From assembly GCA_963753595.1 (NCBI GenBank), contig CAVWCX010000001.1, positions 32,001 to 96,000 of the forward strand: 64,000 nt of DNA, in the 5' to 3' direction. A model generated the notes under the pieces. That model worked only from the letters and a program-made list of their open reading frames with translations, was not told the origin of the DNA and did no database searches. Positions within the stretch are counted from its first letter, which is position 1. Every line of letters starts with the position of its first letter. A program made the position numbers and the translations under genes. The DNA comes from Candidatus Methanoperedenaceae archaeon. GTDB taxonomy: Archaea; Halobacteriota; Methanosarcinia; Methanosarcinales; Methanoperedenaceae. This document shows positions 52,425 to 63,280 of the stretch, one piece after another.

Positions 52425-53990
52425 ATGAATTCCAATATAGAATCCATCAACAAAGAATTTAATGCTAATATTCTTGATGTTTCCACATCACATAATGAAA
52501 CATATCTCACTGTAAAAAAAGAGATAATCGTGAAAATGTGTGACTATATTTATCACCATCTGGATCTTCCCCTCATTTCTCTTTTTGCCACGGATGAACG
52601 CAAAATTGATGGTTCTTTTAAGATCCATTATGTTTTTTCAGTGGACAAAGAAGATGCATTCATAATTTTAAGAATAAATATCGATGAAAAAAATCCTACA
52701 TATCCATCTATCACAAATAAGATCGCTGCTGCTAACTGGTATGAACGGGAGATACAGGACCTGTTCGGCTTGATACCAATGGGGCATCCTGATCCGAGAA
52801 GGCTTATGAATTTTGAGGACTGGCCTGCCGGATTGCATCCCCTCAGGAAGGATTTTGATATCAAAACAAAACCCCCCAGGGTTGAGGGTGAATATATCTA
52901 CCGCCGTGTGGAGGGTGAAGGTGTATATGAGATACCCGTAGGACCTGTGCATGCCGGTGTAATAGAACCCGGGCATTTCAGGTTCAGCGTAGCAGGTGAG
53001 CCCATACTCAACCTTGAGATCAGGCATTTCTACACTCACAAAGGAGTTGAGAAACTATTTGAGAACATCTCTATCGATAAAGCCGTTTTTCTTGCAGAAA
53101 GGGTTTCCGGCGATAACTCAGTTGCTCATGCAGTGGCTTTTTGCCAGGCAATGGAAAAAATCGCTGGCATAAACATCCCGCCACGCGCAAAGCATATCAG
53201 GACAATTCTTCTGGAACTTGAGCGGATATACAATCACCTTGGTGACATTGCCGGGATCGCGACAGATGTGGCTTTTTCATTCGGCGCAGCGCATGCGAAC
53301 AAACTAAGGGAAGATGTATTGCAGTTAAACGAACGTGCCACAGGAAGCAGGATGCTTCGGGGAATGAACACAATCGGTGGCGTGCGGCGGGATATCGGTG
53401 ACCGGAAAGATGAAATCCTTCTTAGCCTCTCAATTATCCAGCGGGATTTCAGGAAATTGATGGAACACCTTACTTCGACCCCATCACTTATGGACAGGAT
53501 AGAAACAACAGGGCGTCTCTACAATGATATAGCTAAGGGATTGCATGTAGTTGGGCCGGTTGGACGAGCTTCAGGGATCGACAGGGATATGCGGCGCGAC
53601 CACCCTTACGCTGCCTACAGGGAATTCAATTTCAAAGTAATTGTTTTAAAAGCAGGTGATGTGCTTGCAAGGACCATTGTAAGGGCAGATGAAGTGTGTG
53701 AATCTGTGGCATTGATAGAACAGGCGCTCTGGTCACTTCCCGAAGGGGACATAAAAGTAAAGGTTGATGAAATCCCTGACGGTCAAGCACTTGGGATTTG
53801 CGAAGCACCAAGGGGAGAAACAATTTACTGGATAAGAACTTCAGGGAATAAGATCGAAAGATGCAAAGTCCGTGACCCGTCCTTCTGTAACTGGCTATCC
53901 ATAGAGTATGCTGTACTTGATAATATCGTCCCGGATTTTCCGATCATAAACAAAAGCTTGAGCTTGTCTTATTCAGGCAATGATATGTAG
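52425..53990 (+). CDS. Ehr/HyfG-like large subunit (NuoCD fusion) lacking Ni-binding cysteines
   Basis: GPVHAGVIEPGHFRF; ERVSGD instead of RxCGxC; NKSLSLSYSGNDM instead of DPCxxC. Confidence 0.9.
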   Translation: MNSNIESINKEFNANILDVSTSHNETYLTVKKEIIVKMCDYIYHHLDLPLISLFATDERKIDGSFKIHYVFSVDKEDAFIILRINIDEKNPTYPSITNKIAAANWYEREIQDLFGLIPMGHPDPRRLMNFEDWPAGLHPLRKDFDIKTKPPRVEGEYIYRRVEGEGVYEIPVGPVHAGVIEPGHFRFSVAGEPILNLEIRHFYTHKGVEKLFENISIDKAVFLAERVSGDNSVAHAVAFCQAMEKIAGINIPPRAKHIRTILLELERIYNHLGDIAGIATDVAFSFGAAHANKLREDVLQLNERATGSRMLRGMNTIGGVRRDIGDRKDEILLSLSIIQRDFRKLMEHLTSTPSLMDRIETTGRLYNDIAKGLHVVGPVGRASGIDRDMRRDHPYAAYREFNFKVIVLKAGDVLARTIVRADEVCESVALIEQALWSLPEGDIKVKVDEIPDGQALGICEAPRGETIYWIRTSGNKIERCKVRDPSFCNWLSIEYAVLDNIVPDFPIINKSLSLSYSGNDM

Positions 53991-53998
53991 GTGAAATA

Positions 53999-54337
53999 AT
54001 GCTTGAAATACTTAAGAAAACCATTAAAACCGGCTGCCAAACAACGAAATATCCCGCTGTACCTGATATTGCGCCGGAGGGATTTCGCGGAAAACCGGAG
54101 TTCACTTCCAATAATTGTACCTATTGCGGTGAATGCGTCAAAGCCTGTCCGCCTGGTGTTATCCTGCTTAAAGAAAAAAGCGGCGAAAAGACGCTTTCAT
54201 TATCATATTGCGGCTGCATATTCTGTGGAAGATGCGAGGAAGTATGCAAATACGGTGCCGTCAGGCTTACACAGGAATATGAACTCGCATCAAAGACAAA
54301 AGAAGACCTTGTTACCAGTATCCGGAGAAAGTTATGA
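53999..54337 (+). CDS. HyfH/NuoI-like 2x[4Fe-4S] subunit
   Basis: CTYCGECVKACP, CIFCGRCEEVC. Confidence 0.9.
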   Translation: MLEILKKTIKTGCQTTKYPAVPDIAPEGFRGKPEFTSNNCTYCGECVKACPPGVILLKEKSGEKTLSLSYCGCIFCGRCEEVCKYGAVRLTQEYELASKTKEDLVTSIRRKL

Positions 54338-54822
54338 CCGTTGAAGATGAAATAGAGATCATGGGGCAGCGCCTGAATGATAAAATAAGGAATATATTCG
54401 GGCGCTCACTGCATATTCGGGAGGTAGATGCCGGCTCATGCAATGCATGTGAGGTGGAGGTGAATTCGCTCTCAAATCCGATATACGATATCGAGCGATT
54501 CGGTCTTCATATTGTGGCTTCACCGCGCCATGCAGATATGCTTATTGTCACAGGTCCTGTGACGCGGAATATGGAATTAGCTCTTCTTAAGACATATAAT
54601 GCCACACCAGCACCAAAACTTGTCGCCGCAATGGGTTCATGTGCCTGCAACGGCGGGATTTTTGGCGATACTTACGCAAGCTTGGGCGGAGTTGATAAAA
54701 TTATTCCCGTTGATGTGTATATTCCGGGGTGCCCTCCAAGACCGCAGGCTGTGATTTTTGGACTTATGGTGGCACTTGATAAACTTGAGCAAAAAATCAA
54801 AAAGACAGAGGTCTTATCATGA
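54334..54822 (+). CDS. HyfI/NuoB-like small subunit
   Basis: GSCNACEVE, SPRHAD, GSCAC, IPGCPP. Confidence 0.92.
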   Translation: MTVEDEIEIMGQRLNDKIRNIFGRSLHIREVDAGSCNACEVEVNSLSNPIYDIERFGLHIVASPRHADMLIVTGPVTRNMELALLKTYNATPAPKLVAAMGSCACNGGIFGDTYASLGGVDKIIPVDVYIPGCPPRPQAVIFGLMVALDKLEQKIKKTEVLS

Positions 54823-55253
54823 CCCATTATGAGATACTCCTTGCTACAGATGGCAGTGATTATGGGAGAAAAGCAGAGATAGCAGCTATGAAGATCACAA
54901 AATCCTACAATATCAAAATGGCAGCTATATATGTTGCTGTAGCAAAGAAGGATTCAGAGAGGGAGGAACTTGTATCACATGGTGAGGAAGTATTGGGGAG
55001 GGTCGTGGAAATGGGGGATGATATGGGCATAGATGTCCATAAAATACTTGTTGGGGTAAGCATGCAGCGGATCCCAAAGATGGGAGCCCGCGCAGAAATC
55101 ATCGCGCATGCGATACTTGAAGCTGCTGAAAAATATAAGGTCCATACGATCGTCATGGGCGGCGAGGGTGAGACCGAGATAAATCCGGAGCTTGGGAGTG
55201 TGGCGCAGGCTGTGGTAAAAATGGCAAAATGCACGGTGCTTGTGGCGAGATAA
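54819..55253 (+). CDS. Universal stress protein
   Basis: ILLATDGS, IVMG, LGSVAQAVVKMAKCTVLV. Confidence 0.88.
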   Translation: MTHYEILLATDGSDYGRKAEIAAMKITKSYNIKMAAIYVAVAKKDSEREELVSHGEEVLGRVVEMGDDMGIDVHKILVGVSMQRIPKMGARAEIIAHAILEAAEKYKVHTIVMGGEGETEINPELGSVAQAVVKMAKCTVLVAR

Positions 55254-55282
55254 CCTGGAGCAAAATCCCTATAGTTTATCTT

Positions 55283-55669
55283 TCACAACTTTTTGAGAAT
55301 CCTTAATGCCAGGTATGCCGCATTCTCACCATTATCTATTCCCACACAAGCGACAGGGACTCCTTTTGGCATCTGGACTATTGATAAAAGCGCATCAAGT
55401 CCGCCAAGTTTTGAACTTACTGGAACGCCTATTACAGGTTTCTTTGTCCGTGAGGCGACTATCCCGGGAAGAGCTGCAGATAATCCTGCAATTGCAATGA
55501 ACACCTGCGCATCACTATTTTGTATATAATCCTCAAGCTCTGCCGGATTCCTGTGAGCGGAAAGAACCTGAATATCATAATCGATACCTGCATTATCCAG
55601 CACTTTTATTGTTTTTTCGGCGATTTGGCGGTCTGATTCCGATCCTATCAGTATTGCAATATTAACCAT
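55283..55669 (-). CDS. purE: N5-CAIR mutase / AIR carboxylase
   Basis: [37 protein letters not shown]. Confidence 0.95.
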   Translation of the reverse strand: MVNIAILIGSESDRQIAEKTIKVLDNAGIDYDIQVLSAHRNPAELEDYIQNSDAQVFIAIAGLSAALPGIVASRTKKPVIGVPVSSKLGGLDALLSIVQMPKGVPVACVGIDNGENAAYLALRILKKL

Positions 55670-55765
55670 AGATATTAATGGTTGATTAATACTTAAAATC
55701 CTTTTGAGAAAAAAGCTTTTAGAGAGGTGAGGGGGGAAGACCAATCCCGCCCCCTTTATGGCATC

Positions 55766-56026
55766 TCACTCTTCTTGATCATCATTACAAGGTTTAGCGT
55801 GTCTTGTAAACATTGAAAGCCACATTGCATACTTTCCATAGGCCATAATGGCGCTATTCGGGTAAGCAGTTTCATTTATGTATGTGGAGTCTTGCCCCAG
55901 TTCGGCAGTATCCTGGAAATTTAACATCATCGCCCCATTTTCTTGAAAAACAAGTGAAATGTTGATATTTTGTGTTTCATTTGGCTGGATCTGGATAGAT
56001 GTGATATATTTTGGAACATCTTTCAT
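55766..56026 (-). CDS. Hypothetical protein
   Basis: 86-aa ORF with GGAGGAG RBS, coupled to the upstream small gene. Confidence 0.65.
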   Translation of the reverse strand: MKDVPKYITSIQIQPNETQNINISLVFQENGAMMLNFQDTAELGQDSTYINETAYPNSAIMAYGKYAMWLSMFTRHAKPCNDDQEE

Positions 56027-56027
56027 A

Positions 56028-56165
56028 TTACTCCTCCTGTGCGCATTTTAAATAATAATAAACAGCTTTTGAAATCGCTTCCTTTACTGAGGATTCTCCA
56101 GTTTTTGTTTTAAGAGCAATCACATCCTCCTGTGGAAGTACTGATTGAACGTGAACATATTTCAT
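56028..56165 (-). CDS. DUF5371-like small protein, 45 aa
   Basis: MKYVHVQSVLPQEDVIALKTKTGESSVKEAISKAVYYYLKCAQEE; GGAGG RBS. Confidence 0.75.
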   Translation of the reverse strand: MKYVHVQSVLPQEDVIALKTKTGESSVKEAISKAVYYYLKCAQEE

Positions 56166-56335
56166 TCCTTAATTCCTCCGAATGCTACTAAACATATTAT
56201 AATCATAATAATGATACTAATGATGTATAAAGCTTTCGATGGAAAATCTTCCCTTTGAAATTTGACTTATCAAAAACTTAATATGCAAGGTAAGGTATTC
56301 ACCTGCAAAATTGAGGTAGCAGAGGATATTATTGA

Positions 56336-57067
56336 ATGATTGGACGATTTAAATACGATAATGAAGTGTTCAAAGGGGTCGTCAAGGGAGAGCGCGTTAT
56401 AGTTGAAAGGGGGCTTTATAGTGATACTTTTGTTCTATCAGAGTTAGAGATATTGCCGCCAACAATCCCGAGTAAAATAATCTGCGTGGGATTAAACTAC
56501 ATGGATCATGCCCGGGAACTGGAAATGACGATACCGGAAAAACCTTTGATTTTTCTAAAACCCCCGTCTTCAGTAATAGGTCATCTAGGGAAAATTGTTT
56601 ATCCTGGCACGGTAAAACGAGTTGATTATGAAGCTGAACTTGCTGTTGTAGTAGGCAAGCGCTGTAAAAATGTTCCCTCCATGGATGCAGGTAGTGTAAT
56701 TATGGGATATACGTGTTTCAATGATGTAACGGCCAGGGATATCCAGAAGGAAGATGGACAATGGACACGGTCAAAAAGTTTTGATACTTTTGCTCCCACA
56801 GGTCCTTTTATAATGGATCAGGGACTGGATATTAGTGACCTTTCTATCAGGACAAGGGTAAATGGAAAAGTAAGGCAGGATTCAAGAACTTCCGATCTTA
56901 TTTTTAGCGTACCTGAATTGATAGAGTTCATTTCCAATATAATGACTCTTGAGGCCGGTGATATCATAGCTACAGGCACGCCTCCGGGTGTTGGTGAATT
57001 ATATGCCGGGAATGAGGTTGAAATTGAAATTGAGGACATTGGAGTATTGAAAAACAGTGTTGTTTGA
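56336..57067 (+). CDS. Fumarylacetoacetate hydrolase family protein
   Basis: KIICVGLNY, DYEAELAVV, NDVTARD, KSFDTF, GDIIATGTP. Confidence 0.93.
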   Translation: MIGRFKYDNEVFKGVVKGERVIVERGLYSDTFVLSELEILPPTIPSKIICVGLNYMDHARELEMTIPEKPLIFLKPPSSVIGHLGKIVYPGTVKRVDYEAELAVVVGKRCKNVPSMDAGSVIMGYTCFNDVTARDIQKEDGQWTRSKSFDTFAPTGPFIMDQGLDISDLSIRTRVNGKVRQDSRTSDLIFSVPELIEFISNIMTLEAGDIIATGTPPGVGELYAGNEVEIEIEDIGVLKNSVV

Positions 57068-57193
57068 TAGAGACCAAATATAATCATTGAATATTGGATA
57101 TTAAAAAATAAAACCTATCAATTGTATCCTCTCGTTTTATTAAGAATGAAATCAATAAAAGTATCAAATAACAAGCGAAAAGGTGAATGAATA

Positions 57194-57352
57194 ATGTCGG
57201 ATGTATATGATAATGTATGGGAAACCAGAAAGCGTAAGCCTCCTGCAAGGGAAGAAAAAAAACTCCAGGAGGTAAAACCACCATCCACAGACCGGGACAG
57301 GTTAAATGATACAATTGAGCGAAGAAAAAAGAATGTTTATGGGATGAAATAA
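57194..57352 (+). CDS. Putative 52-aa charged peptide
   Basis: AGGTGA RBS; MSDVYDNVWETRKRKPPAREEKKLQEVKPPSTDRDRLNDTIERRKKNVYGMK. Confidence 0.5.
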   Translation: MSDVYDNVWETRKRKPPAREEKKLQEVKPPSTDRDRLNDTIERRKKNVYGMK

Positions 57353-57382
57353 CTTTTTTTATTTAGATCAGGGGGTATTCAT

Positions 57383-58090
57383 ATCGTAGAGGTTTCAATC
57401 GTACTTCCTGCTTATAACGAAGCGAAACGAATTGAAGGAACTGTTGAAAGAACGGCAGCAGCTCTATGCGAAATCACCTCATCTTTTGAAATAATAATAG
57501 CTGAGGATGGCGCCATTGACGGCACAGATAAAATATGTGAATCTCTTGCAAGAAAATATAATTTTGTGATGCATCTGCACTCGGATGAACGCCAGGGAAG
57601 GGGACGAGCCCTGAACCGGGCATTCAAGGCATCAAAAGGAGAAATCCTTGGATATATAGATGTAGACCTTGCAACTGATATGGATCATCTAAAAGAGTTG
57701 ATACAATACATCCGTGATGGATATGATTTTGCCACTGGCTCACGGATGCTTCCGGAAAGCAATGTCAAGCGGCCTTTAAAAAGAGGATTTGCAAGCAAGG
57801 GTTTCAATTACCTGACGCGCCTGGTGCTTGGTTCGAAACTCTATGACCACCAGTGCGGTTTCAAATCCTTCAGGCGCGAAGCCTTATTTTCGCTCATGGA
57901 TGATATCAAAGATACCCACTGGTTCTGGGATACCGAATTGTTCGTGAGGGCACAGCGCAAAGGATTCAAAGTAAAGGAATTTCCGGTTGTCTGGAAACAT
58001 GGCGGCACAACCAAAGTCAATCTTGTGAAGGATGTATTCGGAATGGGATCCCAGGTATTCAGGTTATGGTATGAATTCTTATGGGATTGA
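57383..58090 (+). CDS. GT2 dolichyl-phosphate hexosyltransferase-like; probable ATC start
   Basis: VSIVLPAYNE, IAEDG..DGT, YIDVD, DHQCGFK, WFWDTE; N-terminal motif lies in frame 61 codons upstream of first ATG. Confidence 0.9.
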   Translation: MVEVSIVLPAYNEAKRIEGTVERTAAALCEITSSFEIIIAEDGAIDGTDKICESLARKYNFVMHLHSDERQGRGRALNRAFKASKGEILGYIDVDLATDMDHLKELIQYIRDGYDFATGSRMLPESNVKRPLKRGFASKGFNYLTRLVLGSKLYDHQCGFKSFRREALFSLMDDIKDTHWFWDTELFVRAQRKGFKVKEFPVVWKHGGTTKVNLVKDVFGMGSQVFRLWYEFLWD

Positions 58091-60267
58091 ACCTGTTTGA
58101 TATTGCGATCTGGTGGCTTGTTTTAGAGCTTATCGGTTTTTTAACCCTTCCGATTTCGTGTTATTTTTGCCGGAATTTAAAAGATTCAGGCTATTGTATT
58201 TCAAAACCGCTTGGATTACTGCTCGTTACATATATTAGCTGGATAATTTCTATTGTTATCGGTTATTCTTATATTTCCGTAATGCTTTCATTGGTTGTTA
58301 TAGCTGCATTATCGTTCTGGATATATATCAAAAAAGGATTTGCTCATTTTGAAAAAAAATATATTATTAAATTTGAAGTAATGTTTTTACTTGCTTTTTT
58401 AATATTTGTATTGATACGCGCTTACAGCCCAGAGATTTATTGGACAGGTGGTGAGAAATTCATGGATATGACCTTCATTAACGGCATACTTCGAACCACC
58501 GGGTTCCCGCCTCCTGACCCGTGGATGTCAGGCACTGTGACATATTATTATTATTTCGGCTATCTTGTAGTTTCGAATTTGATAAATATTACCGGAATAT
58601 TGCCGTCGATAGCTTTTAATCTTGCTACCGCTTCTTTTTTTGCTTTATCTTTCACGACAGCTTTCGGTATCGGGTTCAATAGTACTGAAAGAATAAAGTA
58701 CGGGATCCTTACTGCATTTTTCGTTACTATCGCTGGGAATCTTGTGGGTTTTTACCAGATGGTGGATATTTTCAGAAAAGAAAACGCCATTAGCAGCATG
58801 CTTTCGTTTGATTACTGGACAAGTTCCCGCGTTATCCCCGATACTATCAACGAATTCCCATTTTTCAGCTTCCTCCAGGGTGACCTGCATCCCCATATGA
58901 TATCAATTACTTTCCAGCTTCTTGTAATTCTTCTTCTGCTGAATATAATGAAATCAAATTCTATTAAATCTAATTCTATTGATTGGCCTTTGATCCTGAT
59001 TGTGGGGCTATCCATAGGTTTTTTGTATCCATTGAATACGTGGGATTATCCGGTTTATCTGGTTCTGGCGATTACGGTAATCGGCTGCAATCAAATATTT
59101 AATTATCAAATTCATCAGATACGAATAAAATTTTATCTTACCTCATTTGCATCAATAACGGCAATGGCAGCTGTAAGTTATCTATTATATATACCATATC
59201 ATCTTTCATATAAAATAGATAAGACTATTTCATTAGTCCCTTCTGGCAGGACATCGTTGATATTTTATCTGGCTGTTTATGGATTATTCCTTTTCCTTAT
59301 TTACTCTTTTGTCCTGAGAAACACCTGGAATTTTAATAAAAAAATATTCAAGTTATCATTGACCCTGGCGGGAATAGGTATATTGATAACATTAATTGAG
59401 TTTCGGCAGTTTATTTTAAATACTTCGGCAAATCCAAAAACCAGTGAATTCGAAATTTTGATCCTACTGATACCGCTTCTTGTTATAACGGTACTTTCAA
59501 TTTTAAAAGAGAAGGATAAGAATAATGTTTTTATTTTGATATTGATTCTTGCGGGTGTATTCACATCCCTGTTTTGTGAATTTTTTTATATCCAGGACGC
59601 TCTGGGAAGTGGTGACTCAACATATATCCGCTTGAACACTGTTTTTAAATTGTATCTCCAGAACTGGGTATTTTGGGGCATATGCGCCGGTTATATCGTA
59701 TTCCAGCTGCGTGATCATTTCAAATCAAAAAAAGCATGGGGGGTAGCAGCTGTCACTCTCATCCTGCTGGTTTCCATATATCCTGTTTTTGCTACTATCG
59801 GAAAATCCGGAAGTTTCAGGGGTGTTCCTGAACTTGACGGCATGGCGTATGTGGAAAAAGAGCATCCACAGGACTACCAGGCGATATTATGGTCCATGAA
59901 TATCACAGGGCAGCCCGTAATCCTCCAGGCGCCGGGTGAATTATACCATTGGAATACTGCCATAACAACCTTTACAGGACTTCCGACAGTAATAGGATGG
60001 GCCGGGCATGAACTTAACTGGAGATTCCCGAAAAGGAGTGAAGTAGATATGCGCTGGTCTGATGTCGGTAAAATATACACATCGAGTGATATTAGCGAAG
60101 CAGGGGGGCTTTTGAGAAAATATAATGTTTCTTATGTTTATTTTGGTGAGGCTGAGGCGAAACGATTTGGCAGTCCGAACCTTTTTGAGGAACATCCTGA
60201 GGTGTTTGAAAAGGTGTTTGAATATGGGGAAGTGCGGATTTTCAAGCTGAAAAACATAGAGTATTGA
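58081..60267 (+). CDS. DUF2298 / YYY-motif membrane protein (GT-C-like)
   Basis: GEKFMD, PPDPWMSG..YYYYFG, TINEFPFFSFLQGDLHPH, NTVFKLY. Confidence 0.88.
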   Translation: MGLNLFDIAIWWLVLELIGFLTLPISCYFCRNLKDSGYCISKPLGLLLVTYISWIISIVIGYSYISVMLSLVVIAALSFWIYIKKGFAHFEKKYIIKFEVMFLLAFLIFVLIRAYSPEIYWTGGEKFMDMTFINGILRTTGFPPPDPWMSGTVTYYYYFGYLVVSNLINITGILPSIAFNLATASFFALSFTTAFGIGFNSTERIKYGILTAFFVTIAGNLVGFYQMVDIFRKENAISSMLSFDYWTSSRVIPDTINEFPFFSFLQGDLHPHMISITFQLLVILLLLNIMKSNSIKSNSIDWPLILIVGLSIGFLYPLNTWDYPVYLVLAITVIGCNQIFNYQIHQIRIKFYLTSFASITAMAAVSYLLYIPYHLSYKIDKTISLVPSGRTSLIFYLAVYGLFLFLIYSFVLRNTWNFNKKIFKLSLTLAGIGILITLIEFRQFILNTSANPKTSEFEILILLIPLLVITVLSILKEKDKNNVFILILILAGVFTSLFCEFFYIQDALGSGDSTYIRLNTVFKLYLQNWVFWGICAGYIVFQLRDHFKSKKAWGVAAVTLILLVSIYPVFATIGKSGSFRGVPELDGMAYVEKEHPQDYQAILWSMNITGQPVILQAPGELYHWNTAITTFTGLPTVIGWAGHELNWRFPKRSEVDMRWSDVGKIYTSSDISEAGGLLRKYNVSYVYFGEAEAKRFGSPNLFEEHPEVFEKVFEYGEVRIFKLKNIEY

Positions 60268-60325
60268 ATAAAACCCAAACCGTTAAAGCTTTTTAGTAAT
60301 AGGTTGTGCAAAGCCAGGAATAATA

Positions 60326-63190
60326 ATGAAAGAATGGTATAATCCGCAGGAAATAGATGAAAAATGGCAGCGCAAATGGAGCGATGCCAGGATATTCGAG
60401 CCTGAGCCAGATGATCGTGAAAAGTTTTTCATAACCATCCCATACCCATATTTGAACGGCAATCTCCATGCAGGTCATACAAGGACTTTCACGATCGGCG
60501 ATGTTATTGCGCGGTATAAACGCATGTCAGGATTTAATGTTCTTTTCCCGATGGGTTTTCATGCAACAGGTACGCCAATCGTTGGTCTTGCTGAACAGAT
60601 AGCAAAAAAAGATCCAGAAACCATGAGGGTATATAATCAGCTCCACCAGATACCGCTTGAGGTACTCGATACTATCCAGACGCCTGAGCAAATCGTTGAA
60701 TTCTTCAGTAAAGAAGATGAAGCAGCTATGAAAATAATAGGATTTTCTATTGACTGGCGAAGAAAATTCACAACTACTGACCCGCATTATAAGAAAATGA
60801 TAACCTGGCAGTTCAACCTGCTTCGCAGCAAGAACAAGGTCGTAAAAGGGGCGCATCCGGTCAGATGGTGCCCGCACGATGAAAACCCGGTTGAGGACCA
60901 TGATATCTTAAAAGGCGAAGATGCCACGATCATAGATTATACACTCATTAAATTCAAACTTGACGGGTATATCCTTCCCTGCGCCACGCTACGCCCTGAG
61001 ACCGTATTCGGGGTAACGAACCTGTGGGTCAATCCGAAAATCCTTCATGTGAAGACCAGGGTGAATGAAGAGACCTGGATAATAAGTAAAGAAGCCTATG
61101 ATAAACTCAAATTCACAGATAAGCTGGTGGAACTGATCGGGGAAATCAATGGCGAAGAACTGATAGGTAAGAAAGTCACAAATCCCGTTACAGGTTCCCT
61201 TGTTTTGATATTGCCGGCATCTTTTGTATGCCCGGAAAATGGCAGCGGAATAGTGATGAGCGTTCCGGCGCATGCTCCCTACGATTACCTTGCACTTCAC
61301 GACCTAAAAGGGGCAGATCTGTCAAAATATGCAATTACAGAAGATGTGTCCTCAATCCCTCTCATTTCACTTATAAAAGTGCCGGAATACGGAAAATATC
61401 CTGCTGTGGATGCGGTTTCTGAATTAAAAGTAAAAGATCAGAACGACCCAAAAGCAGAAGAAGCGACAAAACTCGTTTACAGGCGGGAATTCCATGGGGG
61501 AGTCCTGACCGGGTCAACTGGTAAATATGCAGGAATGGCAGTTTCTAAAATCAAAGATATTCTTACTCATGACTTTATTGAACAGGGGATAGCGGATATT
61601 TTCTATGAGTTCAGCGAACAGCCGGTAATATGCAGGTGCGGCGCCACATGTGTTATAAAAATGGTAAAGGACCAGTGGTTCCTTAATTATTCAGACCTTT
61701 CATGGAAAGAACAGGTTTATAAATGCCTTGGAAATATGAAAATAATACCATCTGAATTAAGAGTGGAATTTGAAAATAAGATAGACTGGCTGAAAGATAA
61801 AGCCTGTGCCCGGCGAAAAGGGCTTGGGACGAGGGTTCCATGGGATCCTGAATGGGTGATAGAATCCCTGGGTGATTCAACTATCTATATGGGATATTAT
61901 ATTATTGCAAAATACCTTGATAAATTTGAACCCGAACAATTAAAAGAGGAGTTTTTCAATTATTGCTTCCTTGGTGAAGGGACAGAGCAAAGTGTAGTCT
62001 CAAGTACAGGGATCGATGAAAGCATAATCGATAATATAAGAAAGGATTTCCTTTACTGGTACCCGGTTGACCTTCGCTCTTCAGGTAAAGACCTTATACC
62101 GAACCACCTCTTGTTTTTCCTGTTCCATCATGTAGCAATTTTTCCGGAAATCCACTGGCCGCGTGCTATTGCTGTCAATGGTTTTGTCTCGCTTGAAGGG
62201 CAAAAGATGAGTAAATCCAAAGGGCCTATCCTCACATTGAAATCTGCGGTAAACGAATACGGCGCTGATATCACACGTCTTTATATCCTGAGTACAGCCG
62301 AGCATGTACAGGATGCAGATTGGAGGTCAGCTGATATTGAATCCACGCGAAAACAATTTGAAAGATTCTATAAAATGGCTTTTGATTGCCCGCCAAGTGA
62401 CCAGAATACCGGGGATCGCCAACTGAAGTTCATAGATAAATGGATGCTCAGCAAATTACAATACAGGATAAAAGAAACAACTGATGCCCTGGGTAAAATG
62501 GAGATAAGAAGAGCGGTCCAGAATGCTTTTTATCATATGATCAATGATATGAAATGGTATGAACGGCGTGGAGGTATTGCAGTCAAGGGAGAGGTCATAA
62601 ACGTCTGGATCAGGTTAATGGCGCCATTTACACCTCATACTTGTGAGGAAATCAATGAACGATCCGGAAAGGATTTCATTTCATTGGATAAGTTCCCCGA
62701 AGCGGATATTTCATTAATTGACAGGGGTGCAGAACTCGCAGAAGAAATAACGGGTAATACTCTGCGGGATATTGAAGAAATAATCAGGCTTATCAGGATT
62801 AAACCAAAAAGAGTTATTCTTTATACTGCGGCTTCCTGGAAGAAAAAGGTCCTGGTAAAAGCTATAATTATGAAAAAAGGTAATGTCCTTGAAATGAAAA
62901 CTCTCATGAATGCACTAATGAGCGATCCTTTAATGAGACCGTTTGTAAAAGAGATCCCGAAATTTGCACAAAAGATAATTACTGATGTCCAGGGGATGGA
63001 AATGGAATTGATGAAATCCCTGACAGAGGTAGATTTTGATGAGACGTCCGCATTAAAAGAATCATTGGATTTCCTGAGCCGTTCTGTTGAATGCAGTGTA
63101 GAGATTTTAAATGCAGATGATGCTGGATATGATCCACAGGGAAAAAGCCGCCAGGCAGTTCCTATGAGACCGGCAATATATATTGAATAA
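60326..63190 (+). CDS. leuS: Leucyl-tRNA synthetase (archaeal type)
   Basis: PYPYLNGNLHAGH, ATLRPET, KMSKS. Confidence 0.97.
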   Translation: MKEWYNPQEIDEKWQRKWSDARIFEPEPDDREKFFITIPYPYLNGNLHAGHTRTFTIGDVIARYKRMSGFNVLFPMGFHATGTPIVGLAEQIAKKDPETMRVYNQLHQIPLEVLDTIQTPEQIVEFFSKEDEAAMKIIGFSIDWRRKFTTTDPHYKKMITWQFNLLRSKNKVVKGAHPVRWCPHDENPVEDHDILKGEDATIIDYTLIKFKLDGYILPCATLRPETVFGVTNLWVNPKILHVKTRVNEETWIISKEAYDKLKFTDKLVELIGEINGEELIGKKVTNPVTGSLVLILPASFVCPENGSGIVMSVPAHAPYDYLALHDLKGADLSKYAITEDVSSIPLISLIKVPEYGKYPAVDAVSELKVKDQNDPKAEEATKLVYRREFHGGVLTGSTGKYAGMAVSKIKDILTHDFIEQGIADIFYEFSEQPVICRCGATCVIKMVKDQWFLNYSDLSWKEQVYKCLGNMKIIPSELRVEFENKIDWLKDKACARRKGLGTRVPWDPEWVIESLGDSTIYMGYYIIAKYLDKFEPEQLKEEFFNYCFLGEGTEQSVVSSTGIDESIIDNIRKDFLYWYPVDLRSSGKDLIPNHLLFFLFHHVAIFPEIHWPRAIAVNGFVSLEGQKMSKSKGPILTLKSAVNEYGADITRLYILSTAEHVQDADWRSADIESTRKQFERFYKMAFDCPPSDQNTGDRQLKFIDKWMLSKLQYRIKETTDALGKMEIRRAVQNAFYHMINDMKWYERRGGIAVKGEVINVWIRLMAPFTPHTCEEINERSGKDFISLDKFPEADISLIDRGAELAEEITGNTLRDIEEIIRLIRIKPKRVILYTAASWKKKVLVKAIIMKKGNVLEMKTLMNALMSDPLMRPFVKEIPKFAQKIITDVQGMEMELMKSLTEVDFDETSALKESLDFLSRSVECSVEILNADDAGYDPQGKSRQAVPMRPAIYIE

Positions 63191-63280
63191 TGACTATAAT
63201 AGATAATAACTTTCATGATAGTGATTATGATGTGTACGAAAATATATAACTTATAACGTTTGTAGTATTATTGGAGTAAG

